A DNA stretch of 64,000 nucleotides from Heterodontus francisci (GCF_036365525.1 NC_090378.1:120575593-120639592), one strand, 5' to 3'. Counted from the stretch's first letter, positions 1-12,444 are shown. Notes: a model not told the origin generated them from the letters alone. Made by a program: numbers and translations.

Positions 1-1444
1 ACAGACAGTACTGGGTAACCCACACACACTCAGAGACACACACCTACAGACAGGGCAGGGTAACCCACACACACTCAGACACACACACCTGCAGACAGTA
101 CTGGGTAACCCACACACACTCAGACACACACACCTACAGACAGGACAGGGTAACCCACACACACTCAGACACACACACCTACAGACAGTACAGGGTAACC
201 CACACACACACAGACACACACACCTACAGACAGTACTGGGTAACCCACACACACTCAGAGACACACACCTACAGACAGGACAGGGTAACCCACACACACT
301 CAGACACACACACCTACAGACAGTACTGGGTAACCCACACACACTCAGAGACACACACCTACAGACAGGACAGGGTAACCCACACACACTCAGAGACACA
401 CACCTACAGACAGTACTGGGTAACCCACACACACTCAGACACACACACCTACAGACAGTACTGGGTAACCCACACACACTCAGAGACACACACCTACAGA
501 CAGGACAGGGTAACCCACACACACTTAGACACACACACCTACAGACAGGACAGGGTAACCCACACACACTCAGACACGCACACTTACAGACAGTATAGGG
601 TAACCCACACACACTCAGACACACACACCTACAGACAGTACTGGGTTACCCACACACACTCAGACACACACATCTACAGACAGTACAGGGTAACCCACAC
701 ACACTCAGATACACACACCTACAGACAGTACAGGGTAACCCACACACACTCAGACACACATACCTACAGACAGTACTGGGTAACCCACACACACTCAGAC
801 ACACACACTGACATACAGTACTGGGTAACCCACACACACTCAGACACACACACCTCCAGACAATACAGGGTAACCCACACACACTCAGACACACACACCT
901 ACAGACAGTACAGGGTAACCCACACACACTCAGACACACACACCTACAGACAGTACAGGGTAACCCACACACACACAGACACACACACCTCCAGACAATA
1001 CAGGGTAACCCACACACACTCAGACACACACACCTACAGACAGTACTGGGTAACCCACACACACTCAGACACACACACCTACAGACAGTACAGGGTAACC
1101 CACACACACACAGACACACACACCTACAGACAGTACTGTGTAACCCACACACACTCAGACACACACACCGACAGACAGTACAGGGTAACCCACACACACA
1201 CAGACACACACACCTACAGACAGTACTGTGTAACCCACACACACTCAGACACACACACCAACATACAGTACTGGGTAACCCACACATACTCAGACACACA
1301 CACCTACAGACAGTACAGGGTAACCCACACACACTCAGACACACACACCTACAGACAGTACAGGGTAACCCACACATACGCAGACACACACACCTACAGA
1401 CAGTATTGGGTAACCCACACACACTCCGAAACACACACCTACAG
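1..1444. repeat. 45-bp tandem minisatellite, ~32 copies, truncated by the window start
   Basis: Unit acagacagtac(t/a)gggtaacccacacacactcagacacacacacct repeats head to tail; ORF 646..1434 shows the matching 15-aa period. Confidence 0.95.
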
Positions 1445-1972
1445 GATGTAAATGTGTTGGAATCAGTTCAGAGAAGGTTTATTAGACTAATACTTGGAAT
1501 GTGCAGGTTTTCCTCTGAGGAAAGGTTGGACAGGTTAGGTTTATATCCACTGGAGTTTAGAAGAGTAAGAGGTGACTTGATGGAGACATATAAGATTCCT
1601 GAGGGGTTTTGACAGGGTGGATGTGGAAAGGTTGTTTCTTCTTGTTGAAGAAACTAGAACTTGGGGTCACTATTTAAAAATAAGGTGTCACCCATTTAAT
1701 ACAGAGTTGAGAATTCTTTTATTTCCAAGGGTCGTGACTCTTTGGAACTCTCTTTCTCAAAAGGCGATGGAAGCAGAGTCTATAAATATTTTTAAGGCAG
1801 AGGTGGATAGATTCTTGATAAGCAAGGGGGTGAAAGGTTATCATGGGTAGGAGGGAATGTGGTGTTGAGATTACAATCAGATCAGCCATGATCTTATTGA
1901 ATGGTGGAGGAGGTTCGAGGGGCCGAGTGGCCTACTCCTGTTCCTAATTCATATGTTTGTATTTATGTTTGT
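1445..1972 (+). mobile_element. 5'-truncated CR1-type LINE (end of ORF2 plus 3' UTR)
   Basis: Translates as DVNVLESVQRRFIRLI...LDRLGLYPLEFRRVRGDLMETYKI and ...RVVTLWNSL, typical of the CR1 ORF2 C-terminus; ends in gggccgagtggcctactcctg plus a tatgttt-type tail. Confidence 0.85.
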
Positions 1973-2212
1973 AATCAAATCTTATGCTAATGTGCTATTG
2001 ATTGAGAGTTCAACCAGCCAATCATTAGAATCACTTGCTGAAATACAGCCAATCAACTGACAGGAATGTGGGACATTTCCAAAGTACTCCCGAGACATTT
2101 ACTGAATATTCTTAATGTTTATTACCTTTTACAGATTTACATTTACAGTAAAAAGACTTGAATAAACAGCTCAGTGAGAGGAAGCTGGAGAAATTCACAG
2201 GGAGAATGAAGG

Positions 2213-2218
2213 TTTATT
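2213..2218 (-). terminator. Probable polyadenylation signal (AATAAA) of the light-chain transcript
   Basis: TTTATT on +; first canonical AATAAA I can find downstream of the C stop (~500 nt), followed by a pyrimidine/GU-rich tract. Confidence 0.55.
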
Positions 2219-2412
2219 AAAACAGTTGTGGAGATTTTCTCAATAACATGAGAATCCTGTCGCTTTAAACAGAGACTAAACTTTAAATTGTAACTGCAGG
2301 GTGAGCAGGAAGGAGGTCTGGTTTACTGAAGCAGCGACTTCTGAGGTTCACATTATTTTAGCTCAGCTGACAGTCTTCAGCATCTTAGAGAGGTTTTACT
2401 TGGCATCACGAG

Positions 2413-2559
2413 TCTACATTGTCCAATCAAACACTCCCAGGGCAGGTACAGTACGGGTTAGATACAGAGTAAAGCTCCCTCTACACTGTCCAATCAAACA
2501 CTCCCAGGGCAGGTACAGTACGGGTTAGATACAGAGAAAAGCCCCCTCTACACTGTCCC
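2413..2559. repeat. 67-bp tandem repeat (~2.2 copies) in the C-exon 3' UTR; resembles a dispersed shark repeat
   Basis: tctacactgtccaatcaaacactcccagggcaggtacagtacgggttagatacagagtaaagctccc starts at 2413, 2480 and 2547 (last copy partial). Confidence 0.85.
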
Positions 2560-2715
2560 AATTTAGTGCCTTAACCCCTGATCCTCAGAGGTGTCTCAGA
2601 CCCAGTCACGAGAAGGAAGAGAGTTGAAATTCCGTGCTGACAATGACCTTTATCCTCCCAGCTCACCCCTGTTATATTTAAAGTTGTGTCTCCTCTGCGG
2701 ACTGTCTCTAACATT

Positions 2716-3044
2716 CTACACACATTCTGATCTGCTCACACTCTTACTGAGGGGAGAGGACAGGGTCTCGTGGGTGAGGGCACAGGAGAAGCGGGCGTTG
2801 GACTCCCAGTCAGAGCCAGAGAGGGTCAGCAGGCTGCTGACACTGTAGGTGCTGTCCGAAGCTCGCAGGTAATTGCTGGTCTGAACTCCGGCCGAAATGG
2901 CTGCACCGTCCTTCTTCCACTCCACCCCCACTTCATCGGGATAGAAGTGATCGGCAAGGCACACCAGGGTGGCAGTGCCCTTGGCCTTGACCTCCTCCGG
3001 CGAGGGGGGCATCAGGGTCAGTGTGGGTTGAGACTTCTCTCGGC
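2716..3044 (-). CDS. IGKC: Ig light-chain constant exon, kappa/type III (NS4-like)
   Basis: Acceptor ttctctttcag at 3045, phase 1. Translation (S)REKSQPTLTLMPPSPEEVKAKGTATLVCLADHFYPDEVGVEWKKDG...STYSVSSLLTLSGSDWESNARFSCALTHETLSSPLSKSVSRSECV*: both C1-set Cys, FYP, the conserved Trp and a penultimate Cys for the H-L disulfide. Confidence 0.96.
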
Positions 3045-3076
3045 CTGAAAGAGAAGAGAAAAACTGTTAATCACTG

Positions 3077-3315
3077 CATGTTTGTGTATTTCTGTGTTCT
3101 ATTTGTATATTTTTTGCTCTCTGTATATATTTGTGTGTTTTATGTATATATTTGTGTCTTTTGTCGGTATATTTGTGTGTCCTCTGTATATATTTGTGTG
3201 TTTTATGTATTTATTTGTGTGTTCTGTCTGTACATTTGTGTATTCTCTGTGTATATTTGTGTGTTCTATGTGTATATTTATGTGTATGTTTCTGTGGGTG
3301 TTTCTGTGTTTGGAT
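3077..3315. repeat. Degenerate ~21-bp TG/TA-rich low-complexity repeat
   Basis: Recurring tgtatatatttgtgtg... units; source of spurious YICVF ORFs. Confidence 0.75.
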
Positions 3316-3506
3316 ATGTCACATCAGATAACAGACAGCAGAGTTAATGAACTGCAGCTGGTGTTGAATCGTTAGAAATGAGCACCATCACTTCTTAATT
3401 TGCCTCGCTTGCTAGGTTTAGTCTAAAATACAAAGACAGTGGATGGTTTGATGTTCAACTGGTTAAATTGTGTTCGACTGCTCTTGGAAGTATGATATGG
3501 TAGTTT

Positions 3507-4355
3507 TTTTTATTCATTCATGGGATGTGGGCGTCGCTGGCCAGGCCAGCATTTATTGCCCATCACTAATAGCCCTTGAGAAGGTGGTGGTGAGCTGCCT
3601 TCTTGAACTGCTGCAGTCCATGTGGGGTAGGTACACCCACAGTGCTGTTAGGCAGGGAGTTCCAGGATTTTGACCCAGTGACAGTGAAGGAACGGCGATA
3701 TAGTTCCAAGTCAGGATGGTGTGTGGCTTGGAGGAGAACTTGCAGGTGGTGGTGTTCCCATGCAACTGCTGGCCTTTCCTCCTAGGTGGCCAGCCTTTGA
3801 CCTGCTCTTGTAGCCACAGTATTTACAGGGCTACTGCAGTTCAGGTTCTGGTCAATGGTAACCCTCAGGATGTTGATAGTGGGGGATTCAGCGATCGTAA
3901 TGCCATTGAATGTCAAGGGGAGATGGTTAGATTCTTTCTTATTTGAGATAGTCATTGCCTTTCACTTGTGTGACGCGAATGTTACTTGTTACTTATCAGC
4001 CCAAGCGTGGACAGTGTCCAGGTTTTGCTGCATTTCTAGATAGTCTGTTTCCGTTTCTGTGGATTCGCGAATGGTGCTGAAGGTTGTGCAATCATCAGCG
4101 AACATCCGCTCTTCTGACCTTATGGTGGAGGGAAGGTCATTGATGAAGCAACTGAAGATGGTTGGGCCTAGGACACTATGCTGAGGAACTCCTGCAGTGA
4201 CGTCCTGGAGCTGAGATGATTGACCTCCAACAACCACAGCTATCTTCCTTTGTGCTAGGTATGACTCCAAACAGTCGAGAGATTTCCCCCTGATTCACAC
4301 TGACTCTAGTTTTGCTCGGGCTTCTTGATTCCAGACTCAAATGCTGCCTTGATGA
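3507..4355 (-). mobile_element. Truncated, internally deleted non-LTR retrotransposon (CR1/L2 group), RT region plus 3' end
   Basis: ORF 3989..4270 has GVPQHSVLGPTIFSCFINDL...MFADD RT motifs; highly similar to the copy at 62495-64000 but missing ~300 bp near 3790. Confidence 0.85.
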
Positions 4356-7300
4356 CAGTTATTACTGAAATGAGTCTGAAAGAAGGGCAGGAATGGCAGC
4401 TCAATATTCCTGATACTGAGTTTCCCAACGGGATAGAGAGGGAGAGAAAAAAGGAGAAGGGTTTCACAATATTAGTCAAAAGAAAAAATCGCAGCTGTGA
4501 GGAGGGATGATATTCAAGCAGGATCATCGAATGAGGACATTTGAATGAACGTAGGAACAAAAAAGGGGCAATCACATTGCTGCACTATATATAGACCAGG
4601 GGTCGGTAACCTTTATTACCTGAAGAGACTGTTTTCAAAAATATTACCTAAAATAAAAACTACTGGCAGCGTCAAGACCAAAATTCAGCATTTCTAAACC
4701 AAATACCTTCTAAATTGCCAAGTGTCTCTGGTAGAATGCACACTTTGTATATATAATAAATAAAATACATGTATTGAATTTATGTATCAATAGAAAAAAA
4801 GTCAAAATCAGAATAGGTTTCACTCTGAATTATTGCATTTTTTTGACTTGTTTTTGTATAATTTTGTCAGTAAAGTCAAAATTTAAAAAAAAAATTTAAA
4901 TTCAGACGTGCAGAATTAAGACAATTTTTTCAGCTATTGATTCTCGTAATAAAAAAGAAGTTTCTAATAGCAGAATAATTTATCATCTCAGTGATATTAG
5001 AAACAATAATGGTCACAAACATAAAAGCTGTTCCTCCAATGGAAGCTGTACCACTCAAACAAGTTCATTTAGACAATGATGATGCTTTTCATTTAAATAA
5101 TCATTTGAAACTATAAAGTACAACATAATGATTAGCCTTTTATCCCACAATAAAAACACAGTTTACTTTCCTTGACTGAATTTTTTCGGCCTTTTTCATG
5201 TTAATGTGATCCAACTGGAAAAGGTTGGCAGCTGTAAATGAGCTGTTAAAGAGTCACATGTGGCTCCGGAGCCGCAGGTTCCAGACTCCTGCTATAGACC
5301 CTCAAACAGTCAGAGGGAGAGAGAAGAGCAAATGTGTCGGCAAATTACTGAAAAGTGCAGAAACAACAGGCCAGTAATAGGAGGGGATTTCAACTTTCCA
5401 AATATTAACTGGGATAAATTCAGTATAAAAGGTACAGAGGGCGCAGAATTCCTAAAATACATTCGGGAGAACTTTTCTCATCAGTAGAAAGACCAACAAG
5501 AGAAGATACAGTTCTGGACTTAGTTTTCAGGAATGAATCTGGGCAGGTGGAAGGGGATCAATGTGAGAGTGTTTTAGTGGCAGTGATTATAATTCAGTTC
5601 GATTTAGAGCAGTTATAGAAAAGGATAAAGATGGACCAAGAGTAAAAGTTTTAAACTGGGGAAAGGCCAATTTTACTAAGCTGAGATGTGATTTGTCAGA
5701 ATTAGACTGGAAACAGCTACTTGAAGGTAAATCAGTGTCAGAGCAGTGGGAGGCATTCAAGGAGGAGATAGTGAGGGCTCAGAACAAACATGTTCCCACA
5801 AAAGAAAAAGGGTGAGACTCCCAAATCTCCATTTACCGCAGATGGTAAAGAGCATACACAGTAGGATAAGGTACAAAAGGGAAACTTATATCAGATTCTG
5901 AGATCTTGATACTGCAGAAAACCTGGAGAAGTGTAGAGAGTTCAGGGGTGAAATTGAAAAGGAAATTAGGGAAACAAAGAGAGGACATGAAAAAATATTA
6001 GCTAGTAAAATCAAGGAAAACCCAAAGATGTTTAATAAATACATATAGAGCCGGAGAATCACTAAGAAAAGAGCGAGGTAAATTGGAGTCCAAAAACCTA
6101 ACCTGTGTGTGGAGGCGGAGGATGTGGACATGTTTCTGAATGAATACTTCGTGCCTTTTTTCACAGAGAGTGACAAAGCAGACATTGTAGTTAAGGAGGA
6201 GGAGTGTGAAATCTTGGATGGGATAAACTTAGTGAGGGAGGAAATATTAAGGTGTTTCACATCCTTGAAAATGGATAAATCACCAGGCCCAGGTGAAATG
6301 TATCCCAGGCTGCAAAGGAAGCAATGGGAGAAATAGCGGAGGCTCTGATCCTCATTTTCCAATTCTCTCTGGTTAAAGGCATGGTCCCTGAGGACTGGAG
6401 GACTGCTAATGTTGTACTGTTGTTTAAAAAGGAAAGAATGGATGGACCAAGTAATTACAGATCAGTCAGCATAACCTCGGCAGTGGGAGAATTATTGGAA
6501 AAAGTTCTGAGAGACAGTAAAAACCATCATTTAGAGAAACACGGGATTAATTCAGGACAGTCAGCATGGATTTGTTAAGGGAAGTTTGTGTCTGACTAAC
6601 GATTACATTTCATGAGGAGGTTACAAGGAGTGTCAAAGTGGGCGTCATGTTTGATATAGTCTACATGGATTTTAGCAAGGCCTTTGATAAGATCCCACAT
6701 GGCAGACTGGTCAGAAAATTAAAAGCCCATGGGATCCAAGGAAAAGTGGGAAATTGGATCAAAAATTGAGTCAGTGACAGGAAGCAAAGTTTTATTGTCA
6801 ACGGGTGTTTTTGTGAGTGGAAAGCTGTTTTCAGTGGGGTTCTGCAGGGCTCAGTACTGGGTCCACTGCTGATTATAGTATCTTTCAATGATTTAGATTT
6901 AAATGGAAGGGGTATTAAGAAGTTTGTAGATGATACAAAAATAGGCCTTGCGGTTGATAATGAGGAAAAAAGCTGTAGACTGCAGGAAGATATCAATGGA
7001 CTGGTCAGGTGGGCAGAAAAATAGCAAATGGAATTCAGTCCAGAGAAATGTGAGGTAATGCATTTGGGGAGGACAAACGAGGCAAAGGAATATCCAATAA
7101 ATGGGATGATACTGAGAAGTGTAGAGGAACTGAGGGACCTTGGAGTTCATGTCCACAGATCCCTGAAGGTCGCAGGACAGCTAGATAAGGTGGTTAAGAA
7201 GGCTTACGGGATGCTTGCCCTTATTCGCTGAGGCCTGGAGTATAAGGGTAAGGAGGTTATGCCAGAACTGTAGAAAACACTAGTTAGACCACAGCTAGAA

Positions 7301-7850
7301 AACTGTGTACAGTTCTGGTCACCACATTACAGGAAGGATGTGATCAAACAAGAGGGGGTACAGAGGAGATTTACGAGGATGTTACCAGGAATGGAGAATT
7401 TTACCTATGAGGAAAGATAGGATCGGCTGGGATTGTTATCTCTGGAACAGAGGAGACTGAGGGGAGATTTAATTGAGGTGTATAAAATTATGAGGGGCCT
7501 AGATAGAGTGGATAGGAAGGACCTACTTCCCGCAGCAGAGAGGTCAATAACCCAGCGGCATAGATTTAAATTAATTGGTGGAAGGGTGAGAGGTGAATTG
7601 AGGAGTAATATTTTCACCCAGAGGGTGTTGGGGGTCTGGAACTCACTGCCTGAAAGGGTGGTAGAGGCAGAAACTCTCATCACATTGAAAAAACACTTGG
7701 ATATGCACTTGAGGTGCCGAAACCTACAGGGATATGGGAATAAGAGCTGGAAAGTGGGATTAGGTTTGTTAACTCATTTTCAGCTGGCATGGAAACCATG
7801 GGCCGAATGGCCTCATCTGCATTGTAAATCTTTCTATGTTTCTCTGTATA
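4356..7850 (+). mobile_element. Decayed CR1 LINE ORF2 (endonuclease + RT + 3' UTR), interrupted by a DNA transposon
   Basis: ITEMSLKEGQEWQLNIP, YRP and IGGDFNFPNINW (APE endonuclease); KSPGP, PEDWRTANV, QHGF, DFSKAFDKIPH (RT); LEQRRLRGDLIEVYKI; 3' UTR tgggccgaatggcct. Multiple stops and frameshifts. Confidence 0.9.
4597..5291. mobile_element. Non-autonomous hAT (Charlie/Buster-like) MITE, 695 bp
   Basis: Imperfect TIRs CAGGGGTCGGTAACCT / AGGTTCCAGACTCCTG; 8-bp TSD atatagac (4589-4596) / ctatagac (5292-5299) with central TA; AT-rich non-coding interior; splits the CR1 endonuclease YRP motif. Confidence 0.85.
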
Positions 7851-8282
7851 AATGTCTCTAATGAAGGTTTATCACCAATTCAGCACTGAAATGGTTAATA
7901 GTAAGAGTGTTTAAAGACTCAGTGTCCCTTTAAGACACTGTTAACCTGACAGGAAGCTCGAACTGTAGATCAGTCTATCTGGAGGAAACAGGCTCAGTGT
8001 TAACAAATCTCAGATCACACACACATCCTGAGAACTTTCTCCGAGAACACTGGAGCAGACTTGTATCAACACATGTCAGAAAGGATTCATGTTGGGTGTC
8101 GGTGCAGAAGGTTTTCGATTTCATTTAAAACCTTCTTGTCCAACACTGGGGTGAGGTCAAGGGTGAGGTTATAATCAGTCTCAGTGTACTGGGGTCAGGC
8201 AGGGTCACTGCTCCAAATGATCCCATGACCCCTGGAAGGTGAGAGTGTGCGCGAGGGTCAGGATCAGGAGCCTCCAAACTCA

Positions 8283-8670
8283 AAGAAAGACTTGCATTTC
8301 TATAGTGCCTGTCACTACCTCAGGATGTCCCAAAGTGTTTTACGGCCAATTGTGCACAGCAAGATCCCAGACAGCTGAGTGATAATGAGCAGATAATCTG
8401 ATTTTCAGTGCTGTTGGTTGAGTGATAAACATTGTCCAGAACACCGAGGAGAACTCCCCTGCTCTTCTAATAGTGCAGTGGGATCCTTTACATTCACCTG
8501 AGAGGGCAGACGTCAGTTTGTCTCATCTGAAAGACAGCACCTCTGACAATGCAGCACTCCCTCAATACTGCACTGTAGTGTCAGCCTGGATTATGTGCTC
8601 CAGTCTCTGGAGTGGGACTTGAAGCCACGACATTCTGACTCAGAAGTGAGAGTGCGACCCACTGAGGCAA
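8283..8670 (-). mobile_element. tRNA-derived SINE with a Deu-like central domain (shark SacSINE-like)
   Basis: Contains tcatctgaaagacagcacctctgacaatgcagcactccctc (Deu-domain-like) and a tRNA-like head near 8615-8670; tail aaagaaagacttgcatt shared with the fragment at 9075. Confidence 0.6.
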
Positions 8671-9074
8671 CACTAAAACCTCACAGTCGAATAGCCTGCC
8701 ATTCTCAACCTCCCGGCTCACACTTGGAGGAATGAGGCCACTTGGGGAGGGTGGAGCTGTGCCCCAGCCAGAGATAGTGCCTTCAGGAGAGAGATGGAGA
8801 GCAGATTACGGGAGACCTGTAGTCTAGAGGGGTGACATTTAACCAGTCGATGGCAGGTGCTGAGCCCTTTCCCCGTAAGTATTATGTAAGTCGATGGGGA
8901 AAGTGGGAGGGGCACTAGAGTAACACCTTTGTTGCTGCTGAAACTCTTGCTATCTGCTCAGTCATGTCTAATAAACACACAGACAAATCAGACAAACATT
9001 AGTCGGTTTTCTGTGGATTTTCTGCTGGGTTCAGCTTTAATCAACAGGGTATTGTGGGAGCTCCCGGTTAATAA

Positions 9075-9282
9075 AAAGAAAAGAAAGACTTGTATTTATA
9101 TCGAGTATTTCACACCTCAGGACCTCCCAAAGTCATTTACAGACAATGAAGGACTTGTTTAAAGAGCAGTCACTGTTTGAATGCAGGAAATGTGGCAGAC
9201 AATTTGTGCACAGCAAGATCCCACAAACAGCAATGAGGTAAATGAACATTTTCAGTGACATCGGTTCAGAGATAAATATCAG
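9075..9282 (-). mobile_element. 3' fragment of the same SINE family
   Basis: aaagaaagacttgtatttatat...cctcaggacctcccaaag...ttgtgcacagcaagatccca matches 8283-8380. Confidence 0.6.
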
Positions 9283-10188
9283 TGTCATGCAGGCCCCCAC
9301 CTGCCAAGAATGAGGCACATTAATTTCACCATATGAACACTGCTTTTTAATCTGTTGCTGGAGTAAAGAAAGAACTTGTTTTTAAAAAACAACACCAGGC
9401 CCTTGACTGGAAAGACATTGGCATAATAACAGACAGAACTTGGAAGGGACAAAAGACCATTTCCTGACAAATTCAATCCACAATGGACTTTTGAATACCA
9501 GACATTGAGGATGGAGGAGCTCCCATTCCAGCTTGACTGCTAAGATGGCCGACTACACCATCGGACATGGCCAGACCAGTTTAGTCACATGACTAACTGG
9601 CTGTTGTAGTTTTTTGAATTTGAACTTGCCACAGAGAATTTGAACTCAGAAAGCTGTTTGCTCCTGGACTGAAAAGACTTTTCATGGCTGGCTTGCCACT
9701 GTCTCTCTCCCATTGGCTTTCATCTCTCTGACCAGCTTCAGGAATCATTGAAGACATATGAACCGCAAGAGGGAAAAGTCTCCCACAGTGAACAAGGTTT
9801 AAGAAGAATACTGGGCCCCAATGAAAAGCAACACCTACCGACAAGCAAGGACTACAGTGAGCTCGAAGCACAGTAACAAAAACTCTCTTCAGAGATTGCC
9901 TCAAACCTCTGCACTTTATTTTTCTTCTGCTCTTTTCTGTCTCTATTTGCATGTGTGTATCGCATATGCATGCTAGCATGGGGCATGGCGTGTATCCGTA
10001 CGCGTTAACTGAATTAGAGTTTTAGTTTAAGTTTTAATAAATTTCACCTTTCTTCTTTAAACCTAAGAAAACCTGTTTGTGCTCATTTCTTTGCCTCACA
10101 CAGTGTGTTTCAAATTAAATCTTGTTACAGTAAGACCAGGTGAAGGCTGTGAAAGACCCCTAGAGACTTTCATCACCTGGTCAGAACA
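9283..10188 (+). mobile_element. Probable solo LTR (~900 bp)
   Basis: Starts TGTCATG, ends ggtcagAACA, internal AATAAA near 10036; flanks atcag/atcga are only an imperfect TSD; truncates the SINE fragment. Confidence 0.45.
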
Positions 10189-10725
10189 ATCGACCTGAAC
10201 TTGACCCAAAGACAAAGCAACTGAGAGTCTCCCCAAAACCCTGGAACACTGAAGCCACTGGATTGGGAGCCCTGCTGTCGCTGTTTGTCATCAGAACTTT
10301 GACAAGAGATAAGCAGGGAGTGGACAGAGCAGAGTTAAAGCTGGGGGAGGTGGGACCTTGGTGTCTCACTGTGCTGGTGCTGAGATCAGTTCTATCAGAG
10401 ACTGTGACAGAGACCCAGAGCTCACACTGAGACTGGCAGGAGTCTAGTGAGGGATTTCACTCCATGGAGCAGGAATGTGACCACAGTCTGCAAACGTCCA
10501 GATCTCCTCTACACACTCGGTAAAAGTTGGTTACTTATATCTTGCTGGTTAAAGGGGGAATGTAACTAAAGAAATACAGCTGGGCACCCTGTTATACACA
10601 GTGCTCTTCAATGAACCATTTCATTGACTGCAGCTCCTTACTAACACCTTCCACTATTCAGCATTTGTGTTTTCAAAAGTTTCAGTATTTAAAGGATTAA
10701 TAACGGAGGATTGAGGTTTACTTAC

Positions 10726-10760
10726 TCAGTCTGAGCTTGGTTCCTTTACCGAACGTAAAC
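10726..10760 (-). CDS. IGKJ: Ig light-chain J segment, FTFGKGTKLRL(S)
   Basis: g ttt acg ttc ggt aaa gga acc aag ctc aga ctg a|GTAAGT: F-G-X-G-T motif and a consensus phase-1 donor matching the C acceptor (A+GC = Ser). Confidence 0.96.
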
Positions 10761-10799
10761 CACACTGACAGCTTCCAGTGCAGGGGCTGTACAATATCC
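10761..10799 (+). other. 23-RSS of the J segment
   Basis: CACACTG (10761-10767) + 23-bp spacer + ACAATATCC (10791-10799); consensus is CACAGTG / ACAAAAACC. Confidence 0.92.
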
Positions 10800-11665
10800 T
10801 CTGCTCTCTGTTTCACTCACTCACTCTCACCCTCTCTCTGTCTTTCACTGTCACTGTGTCTCTCTCTCTGTCACTCTTTGCCTGTGTGTATGTGTGTCTC
10901 TGTCTCTCACACTCTCTCTATATATATCTATTTGTCTCTGTCTCTATGTGTGCTTCTGTCTGTCTCTGTCTGTGTGTGTCGTTCACAGTGTGTCACACTC
11001 TGTCTCTGCTACTTTGGGTTTCTCTCACATTCTGTCTCTCTCTCATTGTTTTCTCTCACTCTGTCTCTTTCACTCTCTCATTATGTCCCTCTCTCTCACT
11101 CCCTGTTACTCTGTCTCTGTCACACGCTCTCTCTCTCTCACACTCTCTCTCAATCTGTCTCTCTCTTTCTCTCACTCACTCTGTCTCTCTTTCTCACTCT
11201 CTCTCACTCCCTCACTCTGTCTCTCTTTTTCTCCCTCTCACTGTCTCTCTCTTTCTTTCTCTCTCACTCTCTCTCTCTTTCTCACTCTCACTCTCTCATT
11301 CTGCCTCACTCTGTCTCTCTNNNNNNNNNNNNNNNNNNNNNNNNNNNNNNNNNNNNNNNNNNNNNNNNNNNNNNNNNNNNNNNNNNNNNNNNNNNNNNNN
11401 NNNNNNNNNNNNNNNNNNNNNNNNNNNNNNNNNNNNNNNNNNNNNNNNNNNNNNNNNNNNNNNNNNNNNNNNNNNNNNNNNNNNNNNNNTCTCACTCTCT
11501 CTCATTCAGTCTCACTCTGTCTCTCTTTTTCTCCCTCTCACTATCTCTCTCTTTCTCTCTCTCTCACTCTCTCACTTTGTCTCTCTTTCTCACTCTGTCT
11601 CTCTTTTTCTCCCTCTCACTCTCTCTCTCTTTCTCTCTCTCTCACTTTCTCTCTCTCTGTCTCTA
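10800..11665. repeat. CT/CA-rich degenerate microsatellite containing an assembly gap
   Basis: (CT)n/ctca low-complexity sequence on both sides of the N run. Confidence 0.9.
11321..11489. other. Assembly gap (169 N)
   Basis: Run of N. Confidence 1.
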
Positions 11666-12444
11666 ACAGACTGGGATGAATTCTCCCGGTGCCATGGAGA
11701 CGGGGTTCTCATTTGGAGGTTGGGCAGGACTGGGAAAAATACGACGAGCCGTGTCAACATGGCTCCCTGACACATTCCCGCCTCCGGGTTACTTTCCCAT
11801 GGGTGTACTGGGAACCGGTCATCTGCTGCCTCCATGGAGATGGGCAGACAATTAGAGCAATGAAGTTCACATTTAGGGGCCATTTTTGAGCCGGTGCTGG
11901 TATTTTACCAACGTCGGAGCGGCCTCCCCACCCCCGAGTGCGGAGGCCACCAGCTCAATGGAGGAGGCCTCCCGGCAGCAGGCCAGGGGACCATCGGAGA
12001 CGGAGACTCTATGTCCCAATGACAGAGCTACAGGGATGAAAAGCTGCAGTCCCGCCTGTTAATAATCCTGTGGAGGAGTTTCCTAACCCTAACCCTCTTC
12101 AACCTGATGGCCCAACTGGCTTCAGCCCTTTTTATTTTACTATTCCTCTGCAGGCAGCCAAGGGCGTCTCCATGTTGAGGGGCCCTCACTCTCGCCTGCC
12201 TGTTTCAGCAGGGCCCACCTCTCCCGGTGGAGCTGCCAGCCTGACATCACTGTGGGCCCTCTGATTGGGCCTGCAGGCTCGGGAGCCTGACTGCCATCAT
12301 TAATAGGACAGTGAGTGTGGAGGTGACCAATTAAGAGGCTGCCTCCCAGAAAGTTGCTCCGGCGAGTGCTGATGACATGGGCAGGCTCGGGACCCTCATA
12401 TAGGCCAGAAGTCAGAGTCCCAATGTCCACTGGGCCAACCAGCC

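Noticed and set aside
646-1434. 262-aa Cys-rich ORF (keratin-associated or metallothionein-like)
   Set aside because: Translation of the 45-bp minisatellite with no gene structure.
10099-10603. Isolated CACAGTG heptamers at 10099 and 10597 as extra J RSSs
   Set aside because: No nonamer at 12 or 23 bp and no adjacent FGXG frame.
10737-11770. Long Ser/Leu-rich ORFs
   Set aside because: CT microsatellite spanning an N gap.
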